Source of the DNA: Ferruginibacter sp.
GTDB lineage: Bacteria > Bacteroidota > Bacteroidia > Chitinophagales > Chitinophagaceae
Length of the DNA: 54,021 bases
Assembly: GCA_043717975.1 (NCBI GenBank)
Contig: JAYSWO010000411.1
Coordinates: forward strand, 1 to 54,021
Reading direction: 5' to 3'
The notes under the pieces were generated by a model, which saw only the letters and a program-made list of their open reading frames with translations, was not told where the DNA came from and made no database searches. The position numbers and the translations under genes were made by a program. Shown piece after piece: positions 40,467-50,068 of this stretch (its first letter is position 1; the number at the start of each line of letters is the position of its first letter).

Positions 40467-40898
40467 TTATTTTTTAAATCCTTTCATTTTCATTTGTGCA
40501 AAATATGGATGATCAGGGTTTACAATAAGCTCTTGCCTAAGTGGGTGAATGAGTATATCCATGTCTTCCATCGGTATAGCACCTAATAAAGGCTCATTAT
40601 CGCCAGGCAAAACCATTGCATCTATTGAGCATCTTCTATTTTTAAACTTTACTTCTATTGGCCCAACCACTTCATATTCCTTTATACTTCCATCTGCCAT
40701 TTGTGCTTTTCTTTTTTCTTTTACAGGCAATTGAAGTTGCTCTTGTATAGATTCGTTAATAGCCATCATATAAGCACCACTGTCTGCCAGCATGTTAACA
40801 GTCATATGTTTAATTTCTTCTTCCCCAATAATATTCCTTTTAGCAAGAATTAAATCTTCCCCATTTATTAAAGTAATATCTGCATATACTAAACCCAT
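40467..40898 (-). CDS. Clan AA aspartic protease (retropepsin-like)
   Basis: MGLVYA.I.L.N, LADSGA, MADG, PLLGAIPMEDMD. Confidence 0.88.
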   Translation of the reverse strand: MGLVYADITLINGEDLILAKRNIIGEEEIKHMTVNMLADSGAYMMAINESIQEQLQLPVKEKRKAQMADGSIKEYEVVGPIEVKFKNRRCSIDAMVLPGDNEPLLGAIPMEDMDILIHPLRQELIVNPDHPYFAQMKMKGFKK

Positions 40899-40930
40899 AC
40901 CAATTAATTTTAAATAAAATTACGAATAAT

Positions 40931-41803
40931 TTATTTCCCCACAATGGTATCTTTTGTTAAACCTGGGTACTCACTTATCATCTCAAAATCATATTCATCT
41001 TTTACTTTTAATGCTGCAATAAATCGATGGAGCTTTGCGGAGTCTTCAGGCTGGGCAAATGTGCGATCATGGGTGAGCAATATAAGGTGGTTCTTGGTTT
41101 TGGTTTCATTACGAGCAAAGCTGCTGTCTATGTTTCTAAGCATTTCGCTATCATTTTCCACTATCCTTTGTGTAGCATTAAAATGCCATTCGATATCCCA
41201 ACCTATAGCCATAAAACCCTTGCTTAGCAAGCTATCTGCAGCCGCAGAAGATGCTTTTAAATCTGTACTGTTTATATTCTCTGTTCGCCAAATATTTCTA
41301 CCGGGTGTGCGAACAATGTTGCTAGCAAAGTGCAAACTATCGGCACATCTTTTAAAATCTTTTGTAACACTATCTGGTACGCTGTAAAATTTGTAAAACT
41401 TATTTTCAAAAGCATGAGTATAGCTGTGGTTTGCCATCTCAATTAAATTACTTTCTTTTAATGAATCGTAAATAGCTAATTGCTCTTTGCTGCCATACAC
41501 ATGCTCACCTATGATAAAAAGCGTAGCAGGAATTTGCTCCTGTTTTAAAATAGAAAGCACGGTTTTACTGCCTTTGCAAGGGCCATCATCAAAAGTGAGG
41601 TAAATTGTTTTTTTCTTCTTCTTTTTTGCAGCAGGTGTACTGTTATCTACTTTGGCAAGCGTATCTTTTTTAGCTATGGGATTATCTATTCTAAAAAATG
41701 GTTGGCCTTGTCTGTAAAAATAAAATGTGGTGAAAGAGATGGTTAGAATCGTAGCTTTAAAAAGCATGGAGGAGTTAAAATAACCCTCGGGGTCAGCGTC
41801 CAT
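40931..41803 (-). CDS. Polysaccharide deacetylase (CE4/NodB)
   Basis: LTFDDGP, ANHSYTH, RTPG, GWDIEW, LLTHD; the start may be ATG 41767. Confidence 0.9.
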   Translation of the reverse strand: MDADPEGYFNSSMLFKATILTISFTTFYFYRQGQPFFRIDNPIAKKDTLAKVDNSTPAAKKKKKKTIYLTFDDGPCKGSKTVLSILKQEQIPATLFIIGEHVYGSKEQLAIYDSLKESNLIEMANHSYTHAFENKFYKFYSVPDSVTKDFKRCADSLHFASNIVRTPGRNIWRTENINSTDLKASSAAADSLLSKGFMAIGWDIEWHFNATQRIVENDSEMLRNIDSSFARNETKTKNHLILLTHDRTFAQPEDSAKLHRFIAALKVKDEYDFEMISEYPGLTKDTIVGK

Positions 41804-41935
41804 TGTAAGATTTTGTTTAGAGAGTAAATGTATGATGTGGATAATACTGTTTCAAAATTATTTATGTTAAGAAATTATTAATTCGTTTGTTTGTTGATTT
41901 AACGGTTAAAAATCTCAAATCATTATCTTTGCCAT

Positions 41936-42964
41936 ATGGAAAATTTGAGAGATCTCATAGAAAAGTACAAAGCAGAGATAAAGGCAGAAAACCCATCAAT
42001 AGCGGAAGGCATTGAAAATTTTAGGATAAAATACCTAGGCACAAAGGGGTTGGTAAAAACCATTATGGGCGAAATGAAAAATGTGGCTTCCGAAAATAAA
42101 AAGGAAGCAGGGCAGCTTTTAAACGAATTCAAAGTTTTTGTAGAAGAAAAATTTGCATCTTTTAGTGCTGCAACGCAAAATAATAATAGTGCAAAAGCAG
42201 TTGATCTAGATCTTACGTTGCCAGGTGCACCTGCACCACTTGGTACTCGCCATCCTATTAGTATTGTAAAAAATAAAATAGTTGGTATTTTTAATAAACT
42301 AGGTTTTAGTGTAGCGGAAGGCCCTGAGATAGAAGATGATTTTCATAATTTTTCTGCGCTTAATTTACCAGAAAATCACCCTGCAAGAGATATGCAGGAT
42401 ACATTTTATATTTCTCAAAACCCTGATTGGTTGTTGCGTACACACACCAGCAGCGTGCAAATACGAGAAATGCAAAAAGGTAAATTGCCACTTCGCATTA
42501 TTTGCCCGGGGCGTGTTTTTAGAAACGAAACCATTAGCGCAAGAGCGCATTGTTTTTTTAATCAAGTAGAAGGGTTATACATAGCAGAAAATGTTTCCTT
42601 TGCAGATTTAAAACAAACCTTGTACTTTTTCGTAACAGAAATGTTTGGTGCTGATGTAAAAGTACGTTTTCGCCCATCCTATTTTCCATTTACTGAACCA
42701 AGTGCTGAAATGGATATTAGCTGTCTTTTATGTAACGGAAAAGGATGCAATGTTTGTAAAAAAACTGGCTGGGTAGAAATATTGGGTTGTGGCATGGTAC
42801 ATCCCAAAGTGTTAGACAATTGCGGTATCGATAACAATAAATACACGGGCTTTGCATTTGGTATGGGCATTGAAAGAATTACCATGCTAAGTTATCAAAT
42901 AAAAGATTTACGCTTGTTTAGCGAAAATGATTTACGTTTTTTAAAGCAGTTTGAGTCTGCATAG
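41936..42964 (+). CDS. pheS: Phenylalanine--tRNA ligase alpha subunit
   Basis: HPARDMQDTF, LLRTHTS, FRPSYFPFTEPSAE, GFAFGMGIER. Confidence 0.98.
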   Translation: MENLRDLIEKYKAEIKAENPSIAEGIENFRIKYLGTKGLVKTIMGEMKNVASENKKEAGQLLNEFKVFVEEKFASFSAATQNNNSAKAVDLDLTLPGAPAPLGTRHPISIVKNKIVGIFNKLGFSVAEGPEIEDDFHNFSALNLPENHPARDMQDTFYISQNPDWLLRTHTSSVQIREMQKGKLPLRIICPGRVFRNETISARAHCFFNQVEGLYIAENVSFADLKQTLYFFVTEMFGADVKVRFRPSYFPFTEPSAEMDISCLLCNGKGCNVCKKTGWVEILGCGMVHPKVLDNCGIDNNKYTGFAFGMGIERITMLSYQIKDLRLFSENDLRFLKQFESA

Positions 42965-43107
42965 CAATCAAATATACCCTTTCACAATTTTCTTATTTAT
43001 TTACATAATTACTTGATATTCTTTTAAGGCATAAAAATTGGCTAGTTTTGATTTTTCAATGAATATTCTTATTCATGATAGATTATTGTAACCAAAAAAT
43101 AAAGCAC

Positions 43108-43602
43108 ATGAAGAAATTAAGTTTATTATGCATTGCCATCGTATTACTAGTGGTAATAAATGCATGCTCCAGCTCAAAAGAAGCCCGTACAGATAAGCGT
43201 ACCATAAATGGTACTTGGCTACTACAAAGTGTAACCACCGAGGGTATTACAGGTAAAATAAAAGCACAAATTTTAGAAGAGGCAGATTACAATTGCTTTG
43301 AAAACAGCACATGGAAATTTAATCAAAATACTAGCCTTGGTTCATATGAAATAACCAAAAATGGCGGCGGCTGTGTAGCTAAAAAACAAAACATTCGTTG
43401 GTCTATTTTTGAAGAAAAAGGTATGCCAATACGACTCCAATATAAAAGAGTAGATGCAAAATATTATAAAGATATTGATGAGGGCAAAGCTGGATTTCGT
43501 TTTACCATTGTGTCGTTAGACAAAACGGCTATGCAATTAAAAAGCGAAATTACTTTTGAGGGTAAACCGGCTTATTTCATTTACAATTTCACAAAAAACT
43601 AA
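43108..43602 (+). CDS. Lipocalin-like lipoprotein
   Basis: Lipobox INAC; I.GTW.L motif; upstream of the OmpA gene. Confidence 0.75.
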   Translation: MKKLSLLCIAIVLLVVINACSSSKEARTDKRTINGTWLLQSVTTEGITGKIKAQILEEADYNCFENSTWKFNQNTSLGSYEITKNGGGCVAKKQNIRWSIFEEKGMPIRLQYKRVDAKYYKDIDEGKAGFRFTIVSLDKTAMQLKSEITFEGKPAYFIYNFTKN

Positions 43603-43625
43603 TTAATTTATTCAAAAAAAATAGT

Positions 43626-44348
43626 ATGAAAAAGATAATTTCAAATACAATGTTTGGTGCAATAGCTATCTCATTGTTGTTTACAAGCTGCGATTCTACC
43701 AGGCGTGCAAGCAAGCAAGATAAAGGTGTAGCCATAGGTGCAGGTACAGGTGCAGTAATAGGTGGTATAATAGGAAACAATGTTGGCAATAAAAACAATA
43801 CGGCATTGGGTGCTGTATTAGGTGCAGCTATTGGTGGAGTAGCCGGTGGTATTATTGGCAATAAAATGGACAAGCAAGCTGAAAAAATAAAAACAGAAAT
43901 ACCTGGGGCAAAGGTAGAAAGAGTGGGAGAAGGTATTAATGTAACTTTTGATGAAAACAATCCAGATGGCACTAAATCCGGGGTTTATTTTGAAACAGCA
44001 AAGTTTAATATTTCTGCTAACTCAAGATTAGCTATAGATAAATTGGTAAAGATATTTACAGAATATCCTGAAACAAATATTTTGGTAGAAGGGCATACAG
44101 ATAATGTGGGTACAGATGCAGCTAATATGACTCTCTCTAAAAAAAGAGCAAATGCTGTGGGAGATGAATTGAAGGCTGATGGACTTTCTGCTAATAGGCT
44201 TACCGTAAAATGGTATGGCGAAAGCCAACCAAAAGCTGATAATGCCACAGCAGAGGGCAGAGCATCTAATAGAAGGGTGTCGTTTTCTATAACCGCAAAT
44301 GAAAAAATGAAAGCAGACGCAAAAACGGAGGCCGACAAAGGGCAATAA
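43626..44348 (+). CDS. OmpA family lipoprotein with glycine zipper (YiaD-like)
   Basis: Lipobox FTSC; GA.IGG..G zipper; EGHTD..G..N..LS..RA; NRRV. Confidence 0.95.
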   Translation: MKKIISNTMFGAIAISLLFTSCDSTRRASKQDKGVAIGAGTGAVIGGIIGNNVGNKNNTALGAVLGAAIGGVAGGIIGNKMDKQAEKIKTEIPGAKVERVGEGINVTFDENNPDGTKSGVYFETAKFNISANSRLAIDKLVKIFTEYPETNILVEGHTDNVGTDAANMTLSKKRANAVGDELKADGLSANRLTVKWYGESQPKADNATAEGRASNRRVSFSITANEKMKADAKTEADKGQ

Positions 44349-44369
44349 ATAATATAAACAAAACGATGG

Positions 44370-44426
44370 CTGCTGTGTTATTTTCTTTCTTTAAAAATAA
44401 AAGAGGAAATAGCACAGCAGTTTTTT
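44370..44426 (+). terminator. Long hairpin terminator
   Basis: CTGCTGTGTTATTT...AAATAGCACAGCAG followed by T6. Confidence 0.7.
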
Positions 44427-44437
44427 ATTTTTACAGC

Positions 44438-45298
44438 ATGGTAAAAAAAATTTGCGTAGCTGGTGCAGGCACCATGGGAAGTGGAATAGCATTATCTGCC
44501 GCACAACACAATGTTGATGTAGTACTTTTTGATACCAATGAAAAAGGTATTGACAATGCAAAATCTGCTATTCAAAAAAACCTCGATTTTTTATTGAGCA
44601 AAGAAAAAATTACTGCTGCAGACAAAGAAAATATTTATGCCCGCATATTATTTACAACAAATATGAATGATTGTATTGGCGATGTAGTGATAGAAGCCAT
44701 TATAGAAAACTTAGAGATAAAAGAAACGCTCTATAAAAATATTGCAGCTATCAATTCACCAAACATAATTCTAGCAAGCAATACATCCTCCCTTTCCATT
44801 ACAGATATTCAGAAAAATATTGAGCAGCCCCAAAGGGTTTGCGGTATGCATTTTTTTAACCCTGCTCATGTTATGAAACTCGTAGAGGTTGTAGCAGGTG
44901 AACATACATCTTATGAAACCATACAAACCATTTACGAGCTTTGTTTGCAATTAAAAAAGCAACCAGTTATTTGTAAAGATGCACCTGGCTTTATTGTAAA
45001 CCGTGTGGCACGTCATTTTTATTTAGAAGCCATGCACCTAGCAAGTACTACCAATACCAGTATCGAGAATATAGATATGCTAATGGAAAATGCTGGTTTT
45101 AAAATGGGTCCATTTAAACTGATGGATTTGATTGGCATGGATATTAACTATGCCGTTTCACAATCTATTTACCATGCGTTTAATGATCATCCACGTTTTG
45201 CACCTTCGCCCATGCAGGCACAAAAAGTAGCAGAAGGAAATTTAGGCAAAAAAAGCGGCAAAGGATTTTACGATTATACCAAAACCATAGTATTATGA
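44438..45298 (+). CDS. 3-hydroxyacyl-CoA (3-hydroxybutyryl-CoA) dehydrogenase
   Basis: GAGTMGSGIA, EAIIE, SNTSSL, GMHFFNP, DAPGFIVNR, MGPF.L.DLIG.D, GKKSGKGFY. Confidence 0.93.
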   Translation: MVKKICVAGAGTMGSGIALSAAQHNVDVVLFDTNEKGIDNAKSAIQKNLDFLLSKEKITAADKENIYARILFTTNMNDCIGDVVIEAIIENLEIKETLYKNIAAINSPNIILASNTSSLSITDIQKNIEQPQRVCGMHFFNPAHVMKLVEVVAGEHTSYETIQTIYELCLQLKKQPVICKDAPGFIVNRVARHFYLEAMHLASTTNTSIENIDMLMENAGFKMGPFKLMDLIGMDINYAVSQSIYHAFNDHPRFAPSPMQAQKVAEGNLGKKSGKGFYDYTKTIVL

Positions 45299-46266
45299 TA
45301 CTAGTAACAGGTGGTGCGGGTTTGGTAGGCAGCGAATTGATTAAACAATTGCTTGGCCAAGGCAAAACGGTAAAAGCCATTTACAATAAATCACCGCTTA
45401 GGTTTGCAAATGCTTCTACGCTCGTTTCTGTACCATGCGATATATTAGATGTGTATGCATTGGAAAATGCCATGCAAGATGTAACAGAAGTATATCATTG
45501 TGCAGCTATTGTTTCTTTTGCGCCAAAAGATGAACATGCATTATACAAAATAAATGTAGAAGGTACTGCCAACGTGGTAAATGCATGTTTGAATGCAGCT
45601 GTGCGCAAGCTTGTGTATGTGAGCTCTGTGGCTGCGCTTGGGCGCATACGTGTAGGAGAAATGATAAACGAAACCATGCAATGGACACCAGAAACAAGCA
45701 ATAGTAAATATGGCCATAGTAAATATTTAGCAGAGATTGAGGTATGGCGTGGCGTGGCGGAGGGTTTAAATGCAGTTGTTGTAAATCCAGTTATTATTTT
45801 AGGTGCAGGCAATTGGAATGAAGGTTCAACAAAATTATTTAAATCGGTATACGAGGGTTTTCCTTGGTTTACTACTGGCACATCTGGGTTTGTATGTGTG
45901 CAAGATGTAGCCAATGCCATGATACAATTAATGAGTAGTGATATCTCTGCTGAAAAGTTTATTATCAGTGCAGAAAATTCGAGTTACCAATCCATTTTAA
46001 ATATGATTGCCAGAGGATTTAATAAAAATCCACCTTCTAAAAAAGTTACTCCTTTTCTTGCAGCCATTACTTGGCGGTTAGAAGCTATTAAAAGTATATT
46101 TACCGGCGCCTCTCCACTTATTACTAAAGAAACAGCTGCAACATCGTTGGCAGAAGTAAAATTTGACAATAGTAAGTTGTTGAAATTTTTGCCTACATTT
46201 CGGTATACTAGTTTGGAAGAAACAATTAGTGGTACTTGTAGGGCATTGCTACAAAAGAATAATTAG
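45295..46266 (+). CDS. NAD-dependent epimerase/dehydratase (extended SDR)
   Basis: TGGAGLVG, HCAA, NVEGT, SSVAA, YxxSK. Confidence 0.92.
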   Translation: MILVTGGAGLVGSELIKQLLGQGKTVKAIYNKSPLRFANASTLVSVPCDILDVYALENAMQDVTEVYHCAAIVSFAPKDEHALYKINVEGTANVVNACLNAAVRKLVYVSSVAALGRIRVGEMINETMQWTPETSNSKYGHSKYLAEIEVWRGVAEGLNAVVVNPVIILGAGNWNEGSTKLFKSVYEGFPWFTTGTSGFVCVQDVANAMIQLMSSDISAEKFIISAENSSYQSILNMIARGFNKNPPSKKVTPFLAAITWRLEAIKSIFTGASPLITKETAATSLAEVKFDNSKLLKFLPTFRYTSLEETISGTCRALLQKNN

Positions 46267-47141
46267 TCCTTAGAAAAAAGCTGATGTACATCAGCAATCA
46301 CACCAATAGAAGCAAAGCGATCATTGTATAAGTATTGTCCTGTTGTATATGAAGTTCCACTTGCATATATTCTATAATCTGAAAATCTTGTATGCAATGC
46401 GCTTGCGCCTAACATAACATGGAATTTAATTCCTTTCATATTATTAAAAGTAAATTGATTATCAAAAATAAAATCACTAAAAACACTGTTTTTACTGGTT
46501 ATTTCTTTATAAAATCCTGTTTTTAATTGAATATCATTTGTTTGAATGTTTTTAAACTTTAGCACAGAAAGTTTGTAGGCTACTAATAGAGAATAGTTCT
46601 TAGTAATGTCGAATGATATCGAGGGACAAATAAACCATTTAATATAATCAGCATCAAAATTTCTATTTATGCCGGAATCATTTCTATAAAATCCATTAAA
46701 TTTATTATTACCAATTCCAAAGCCCGAATAAACATTAAAAGCTACGTCTTTTTTTGTGCCATAATGTTTATAATACCCTGCACTCACCTCAACACCTTGT
46801 CTTCTATAATTAATTTTAAAATCATAGAGTGCAATAGTATCTATTACATTTCTGTCAGTTTCCCAATACTTAAATGCATCAAGTTTAATAGCAATCTTTT
46901 TTGATAAGCCAAAAGCGGTCTGAATATTTAATCCGTTTGATTGTTGTTTACTACCAATACCTGGAATACGAGAATGCCCAGAAGCAGAATAATTTACAGA
47001 GGCTTTTACATCATTCTTCTTTTCAATTTGAATAAGATTGGCAGGTGCAGGGGCACATAAGTATTTTGGGGTAATAGTACTACAAGAAGACAAGATAAAA
47101 GCAATAGCAATTGATGTTATAAATACTATTTTGTTACTCAT
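46263..47141 (-). CDS. Hypothetical lipoprotein with beta-strand-rich body
   Basis: Lipobox LSSC; alternating aromatic/Gly strands. Confidence 0.7.
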   Translation of the reverse strand: MSNKIVFITSIAIAFILSSCSTITPKYLCAPAPANLIQIEKKNDVKASVNYSASGHSRIPGIGSKQQSNGLNIQTAFGLSKKIAIKLDAFKYWETDRNVIDTIALYDFKINYRRQGVEVSAGYYKHYGTKKDVAFNVYSGFGIGNNKFNGFYRNDSGINRNFDADYIKWFICPSISFDITKNYSLLVAYKLSVLKFKNIQTNDIQLKTGFYKEITSKNSVFSDFIFDNQFTFNNMKGIKFHVMLGASALHTRFSDYRIYASGTSYTTGQYLYNDRFASIGVIADVHQLFSKD

Positions 47142-47174
47142 TTTGTAAATATAATTGAAACCTTGATTTTTTTA

Positions 47175-47188
47175 TTGACAAAAGTCAA
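47175..47188. promoter_or_regulatory. FNR-like box TTGAC-N4-GTCAA
   Basis: Perfect palindrome between the Crp/Fnr gene and the lipoprotein; 21 nt upstream of a -7-like TATATTTA (47146-47153). Confidence 0.7.
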
Positions 47189-47200
47189 GAAATAATAAAG

Positions 47201-47830
47201 TCAGTTTAACTTAATCAATTTATTTCTCACTCTACTCAGTGTTTCTGGAGCAATATTTAAAAATGATGCAATGTATTTTTGTGGAATATTTTTCAAATAG
47301 GTTTCATAGTTTTCTAAAAAATATTCGTACTTAGCTCCCGCATCATGCTTGCGTAGCATATACAAACGCTGTTCTGTTTTATAAAAGTACTGCTCTGTTA
47401 TTATGCGGGTATGTAAATTAAACTCAGGAAAAGATGTATAAATATTTTGAAGCATTGTAAAAGATATCGTTGCCACTTCGCAATCTGCTAATGCTTGTAT
47501 TGACTCTGTAGCGGGCGTTTGTGTAAAAAAACTCCCAGGCGCTATTACAATATGGTTGGTAAACATTATTCTGGATGTAATTTCTTTCTCACCAATATTG
47601 TGGTAAGACCTCAATAATCCGTTTATCAAAAACCAACAATTTTTACAAATATTTCCTTCGGCTAGCAATATTTCATTTTTTTCTTTCTTATGTATTTCAA
47701 ATCCGTTTATAAGCGCCTCTTCCAATGCATGGCTAATGGGTTTAATATCTTTTATTAATTGTATAAGTGGAGCAAGTAATTCAGCTTTCTCTTTCATGAG
47801 ATAACGTTTTGGAGCAAAAAGATAACTCAT
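47201..47830 (-). CDS. Crp/Fnr family transcriptional regulator
   Basis: cNMP-binding-like LL.EG..C....F...GLLRSY; SFFTQTP..E.IQAL; IPQKYIASFLNIAPETLSRVR. The start may be 47797. Confidence 0.92.
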   Translation of the reverse strand: MSYLFAPKRYLMKEKAELLAPLIQLIKDIKPISHALEEALINGFEIHKKEKNEILLAEGNICKNCWFLINGLLRSYHNIGEKEITSRIMFTNHIVIAPGSFFTQTPATESIQALADCEVATISFTMLQNIYTSFPEFNLHTRIITEQYFYKTEQRLYMLRKHDAGAKYEYFLENYETYLKNIPQKYIASFLNIAPETLSRVRNKLIKLN

Positions 47831-47932
47831 TTTTTAAGAAAAAAAAATGAAATTATTTTAATTTACTGAAATTTATATTCCAACAAAAAGTTAACAAGCA
47901 ATACTGTATTTTTGACCAAACAATCTTCTAGA

Positions 47933-49030
47933 ATGAAAACATGCTCTATTTTAATAATCATTACCTTTCTTTTTTCAAATGTTTCTGCACAAAATAATTA
48001 TACCTTATATGGTAGAGTTGTAAACGAAGTAACTGGACTTCCGATGGCTGCTGCATCTGTATTTGCTCAAAACACAACCCTAGGTACGGTTACAGATAAC
48101 GAAGGCAATTTTAAATTGATATTGCCCAATGGCGGTTATGATCTAATTATCAGTTTTACTGGCTACAAAACAGAAAACAGAAGAATAACTAGCTCGGACG
48201 CCAACGAAAAAATAGTTTTTACATTAAAAGAGAAAGAAAAAGAATTGGAAAGCGTAGCTGTAGTTAGTACCAACGAAGTAAAAGATGGGCTTGCTAAATA
48301 CGGTCAATTTTTTATGAACGAATTTATTGGAAAATCTACCAATAGCAAACAATGCAGCATTCAAAATCCCGATGTATTACACTTCTTTTTTTCAAAAAAG
48401 AAAAACAGGCTGAAAATTACAGCTACTGAACCGCTCATAGTAAAAAACAATGCATTTGGATACAATATAAAATATGAGTTAGATTCCTTTACGCATGAAT
48501 ACAAAACAGAAGTAAGTACTTATAGCGGTTATCCATTATTTGAAAACATGCAAGGCGATAGTGCACAAATGCAGCAATGGCAAGCGGCACGTAGAGAAGC
48601 TTACAAGGGTTCAATATTACATTTTATGCGTAGTGTTTATCATAAAAATATTGAAGAGCAACAATTTGAAATGCAATTTATTGTAAAGGTATATGGCAAA
48701 GACGAAGGCATAAAAGTAAAAGATATGTATGCTGCTATAAATTATGCAAAAGATGATAGTACTCAAACAGTAGAAATATTGCCCAATCAAAATGAAGTAG
48801 CTATTTTATTTTTAGGTGCAAAACCTACTGCGGATTATTTAGCAGAAAACACATTAGAATCTCCAACATTTAAATTATCGATATTAAGCTTTAAGCCAAA
48901 AGAAAGTATTATTGTAGAACAGAATGGATATTTTTATGACCAAAATGATGTGACCACAAGTGGTTATTGGGCTTGGGATAAAGTAGCAGAGCAGTTGCCA
49001 TATGACTATGAAGCAAGTACAAAGTATTGA
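47933..49030 (+). CDS. Exported carboxypeptidase-regulatory-like domain protein
   Basis: Signal peptide; G.V....T..P...ASV...NTT.GT.TD.EG.F..ISFTGY; LPYDY C-terminus. Confidence 0.85.
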   Translation: MKTCSILIIITFLFSNVSAQNNYTLYGRVVNEVTGLPMAAASVFAQNTTLGTVTDNEGNFKLILPNGGYDLIISFTGYKTENRRITSSDANEKIVFTLKEKEKELESVAVVSTNEVKDGLAKYGQFFMNEFIGKSTNSKQCSIQNPDVLHFFFSKKKNRLKITATEPLIVKNNAFGYNIKYELDSFTHEYKTEVSTYSGYPLFENMQGDSAQMQQWQAARREAYKGSILHFMRSVYHKNIEEQQFEMQFIVKVYGKDEGIKVKDMYAAINYAKDDSTQTVEILPNQNEVAILFLGAKPTADYLAENTLESPTFKLSILSFKPKESIIVEQNGYFYDQNDVTTSGYWAWDKVAEQLPYDYEASTKY

Positions 49031-49088
49031 GTACTTAGTATTGAGACAAGCCATTTATTTTTAATTAAAATTTAGTGAGGCATTTATT

Positions 49089-50039
49089 TTAATCATTCTT
49101 TTTATTCATCACCTTTTCCCACAAAGCAGGAATTCTTTTTATCCAAATAAGTTCTCTTTTAATGATACTTGCCTCTTGTGCTGGTGCGCCCCAATAGGTT
49201 TTATTTGCTTCCAAATTATGACCAACACCTGTGCGTGCAAGTAGTACTGCATTTTCACCAATAGTAAGTGTCTTATTTATTACACAACTGCCCCACACGG
49301 TTACGCCATCTTTTAGTGTTGTCATTCCTGCAATAGCGGTAGCAGCGGCTAATAAGCAGTTTTTGCCAATTACCACATCGTGTGCTATATGTATCAAGTT
49401 GTCTAACTTACTTCCTGCGCCTATTCGAGTATCGTGTGTTACGCCCCTATCTATCATACAGCCTGCGCCAATTTCTACATCATCTTCTATAACCACACTG
49501 CCGCAGCTAGGCATTTTTTTATACCACACATCTCTATTCTTTTTTGTGTTGTAATAAAAAGCATCGCTACCAATTACAGTACCAGATTGTATGATAACGT
49601 TGTTACCAATGCTACAATTATCCATAATGGTTGCATTCGGATAAATAATACAATCGTTGCCAATGCTTACGTTGTTTCCTACAAATGCTCCAGGATAAAT
49701 ATACGTGCCTTCACCAATGGTTGTTGTATTTACCATAGCTTTCGCCTCCTCAAAAGGGCGATAATGTTCTACAATTTTACAATATGCATCAAATGGTGTA
49801 TCTGTAATTAAAATCGATTTACCTTCAGGTACTGCTACTTCTTTGTTGATGATAATAAATGTGGCAGCGCTGTTTAAGCAAGTATCATAATATTTTGGAT
49901 GATCTACAAAAACCAAATCTCCCACTTCTACTTTGTGTATTTCGTTTATGCCTAATGCTTCGCCTTTGTTATTGCCAACAAGTGTTGCATTTATCAAACT
50001 AGCTATCAATTCTATTTTTACGGGAGTAGGAAATTTCAT
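49089..50039 (-). CDS. lpxD: UDP-3-O-acylglucosamine N-acyltransferase (LpxD-like)
   Basis: Hexapeptide repeats; VIGSDAFYY, IDRG, KLDNLIHIAHDV. May be a paralogue. Confidence 0.8.
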   Translation of the reverse strand: MKFPTPVKIELIASLINATLVGNNKGEALGINEIHKVEVGDLVFVDHPKYYDTCLNSAATFIIINKEVAVPEGKSILITDTPFDAYCKIVEHYRPFEEAKAMVNTTTIGEGTYIYPGAFVGNNVSIGNDCIIYPNATIMDNCSIGNNVIIQSGTVIGSDAFYYNTKKNRDVWYKKMPSCGSVVIEDDVEIGAGCMIDRGVTHDTRIGAGSKLDNLIHIAHDVVIGKNCLLAAATAIAGMTTLKDGVTVWGSCVINKTLTIGENAVLLARTGVGHNLEANKTYWGAPAQEASIIKRELIWIKRIPALWEKVMNKKND

Positions 50040-50068
50040 TGGTAATTTTATGTAAAGGTACTATCGTT

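Noticed and set aside
41936-42964. pheS without adjacent pheT
   Set aside because: Separation of pheS and pheT is usual in Bacteroidota.
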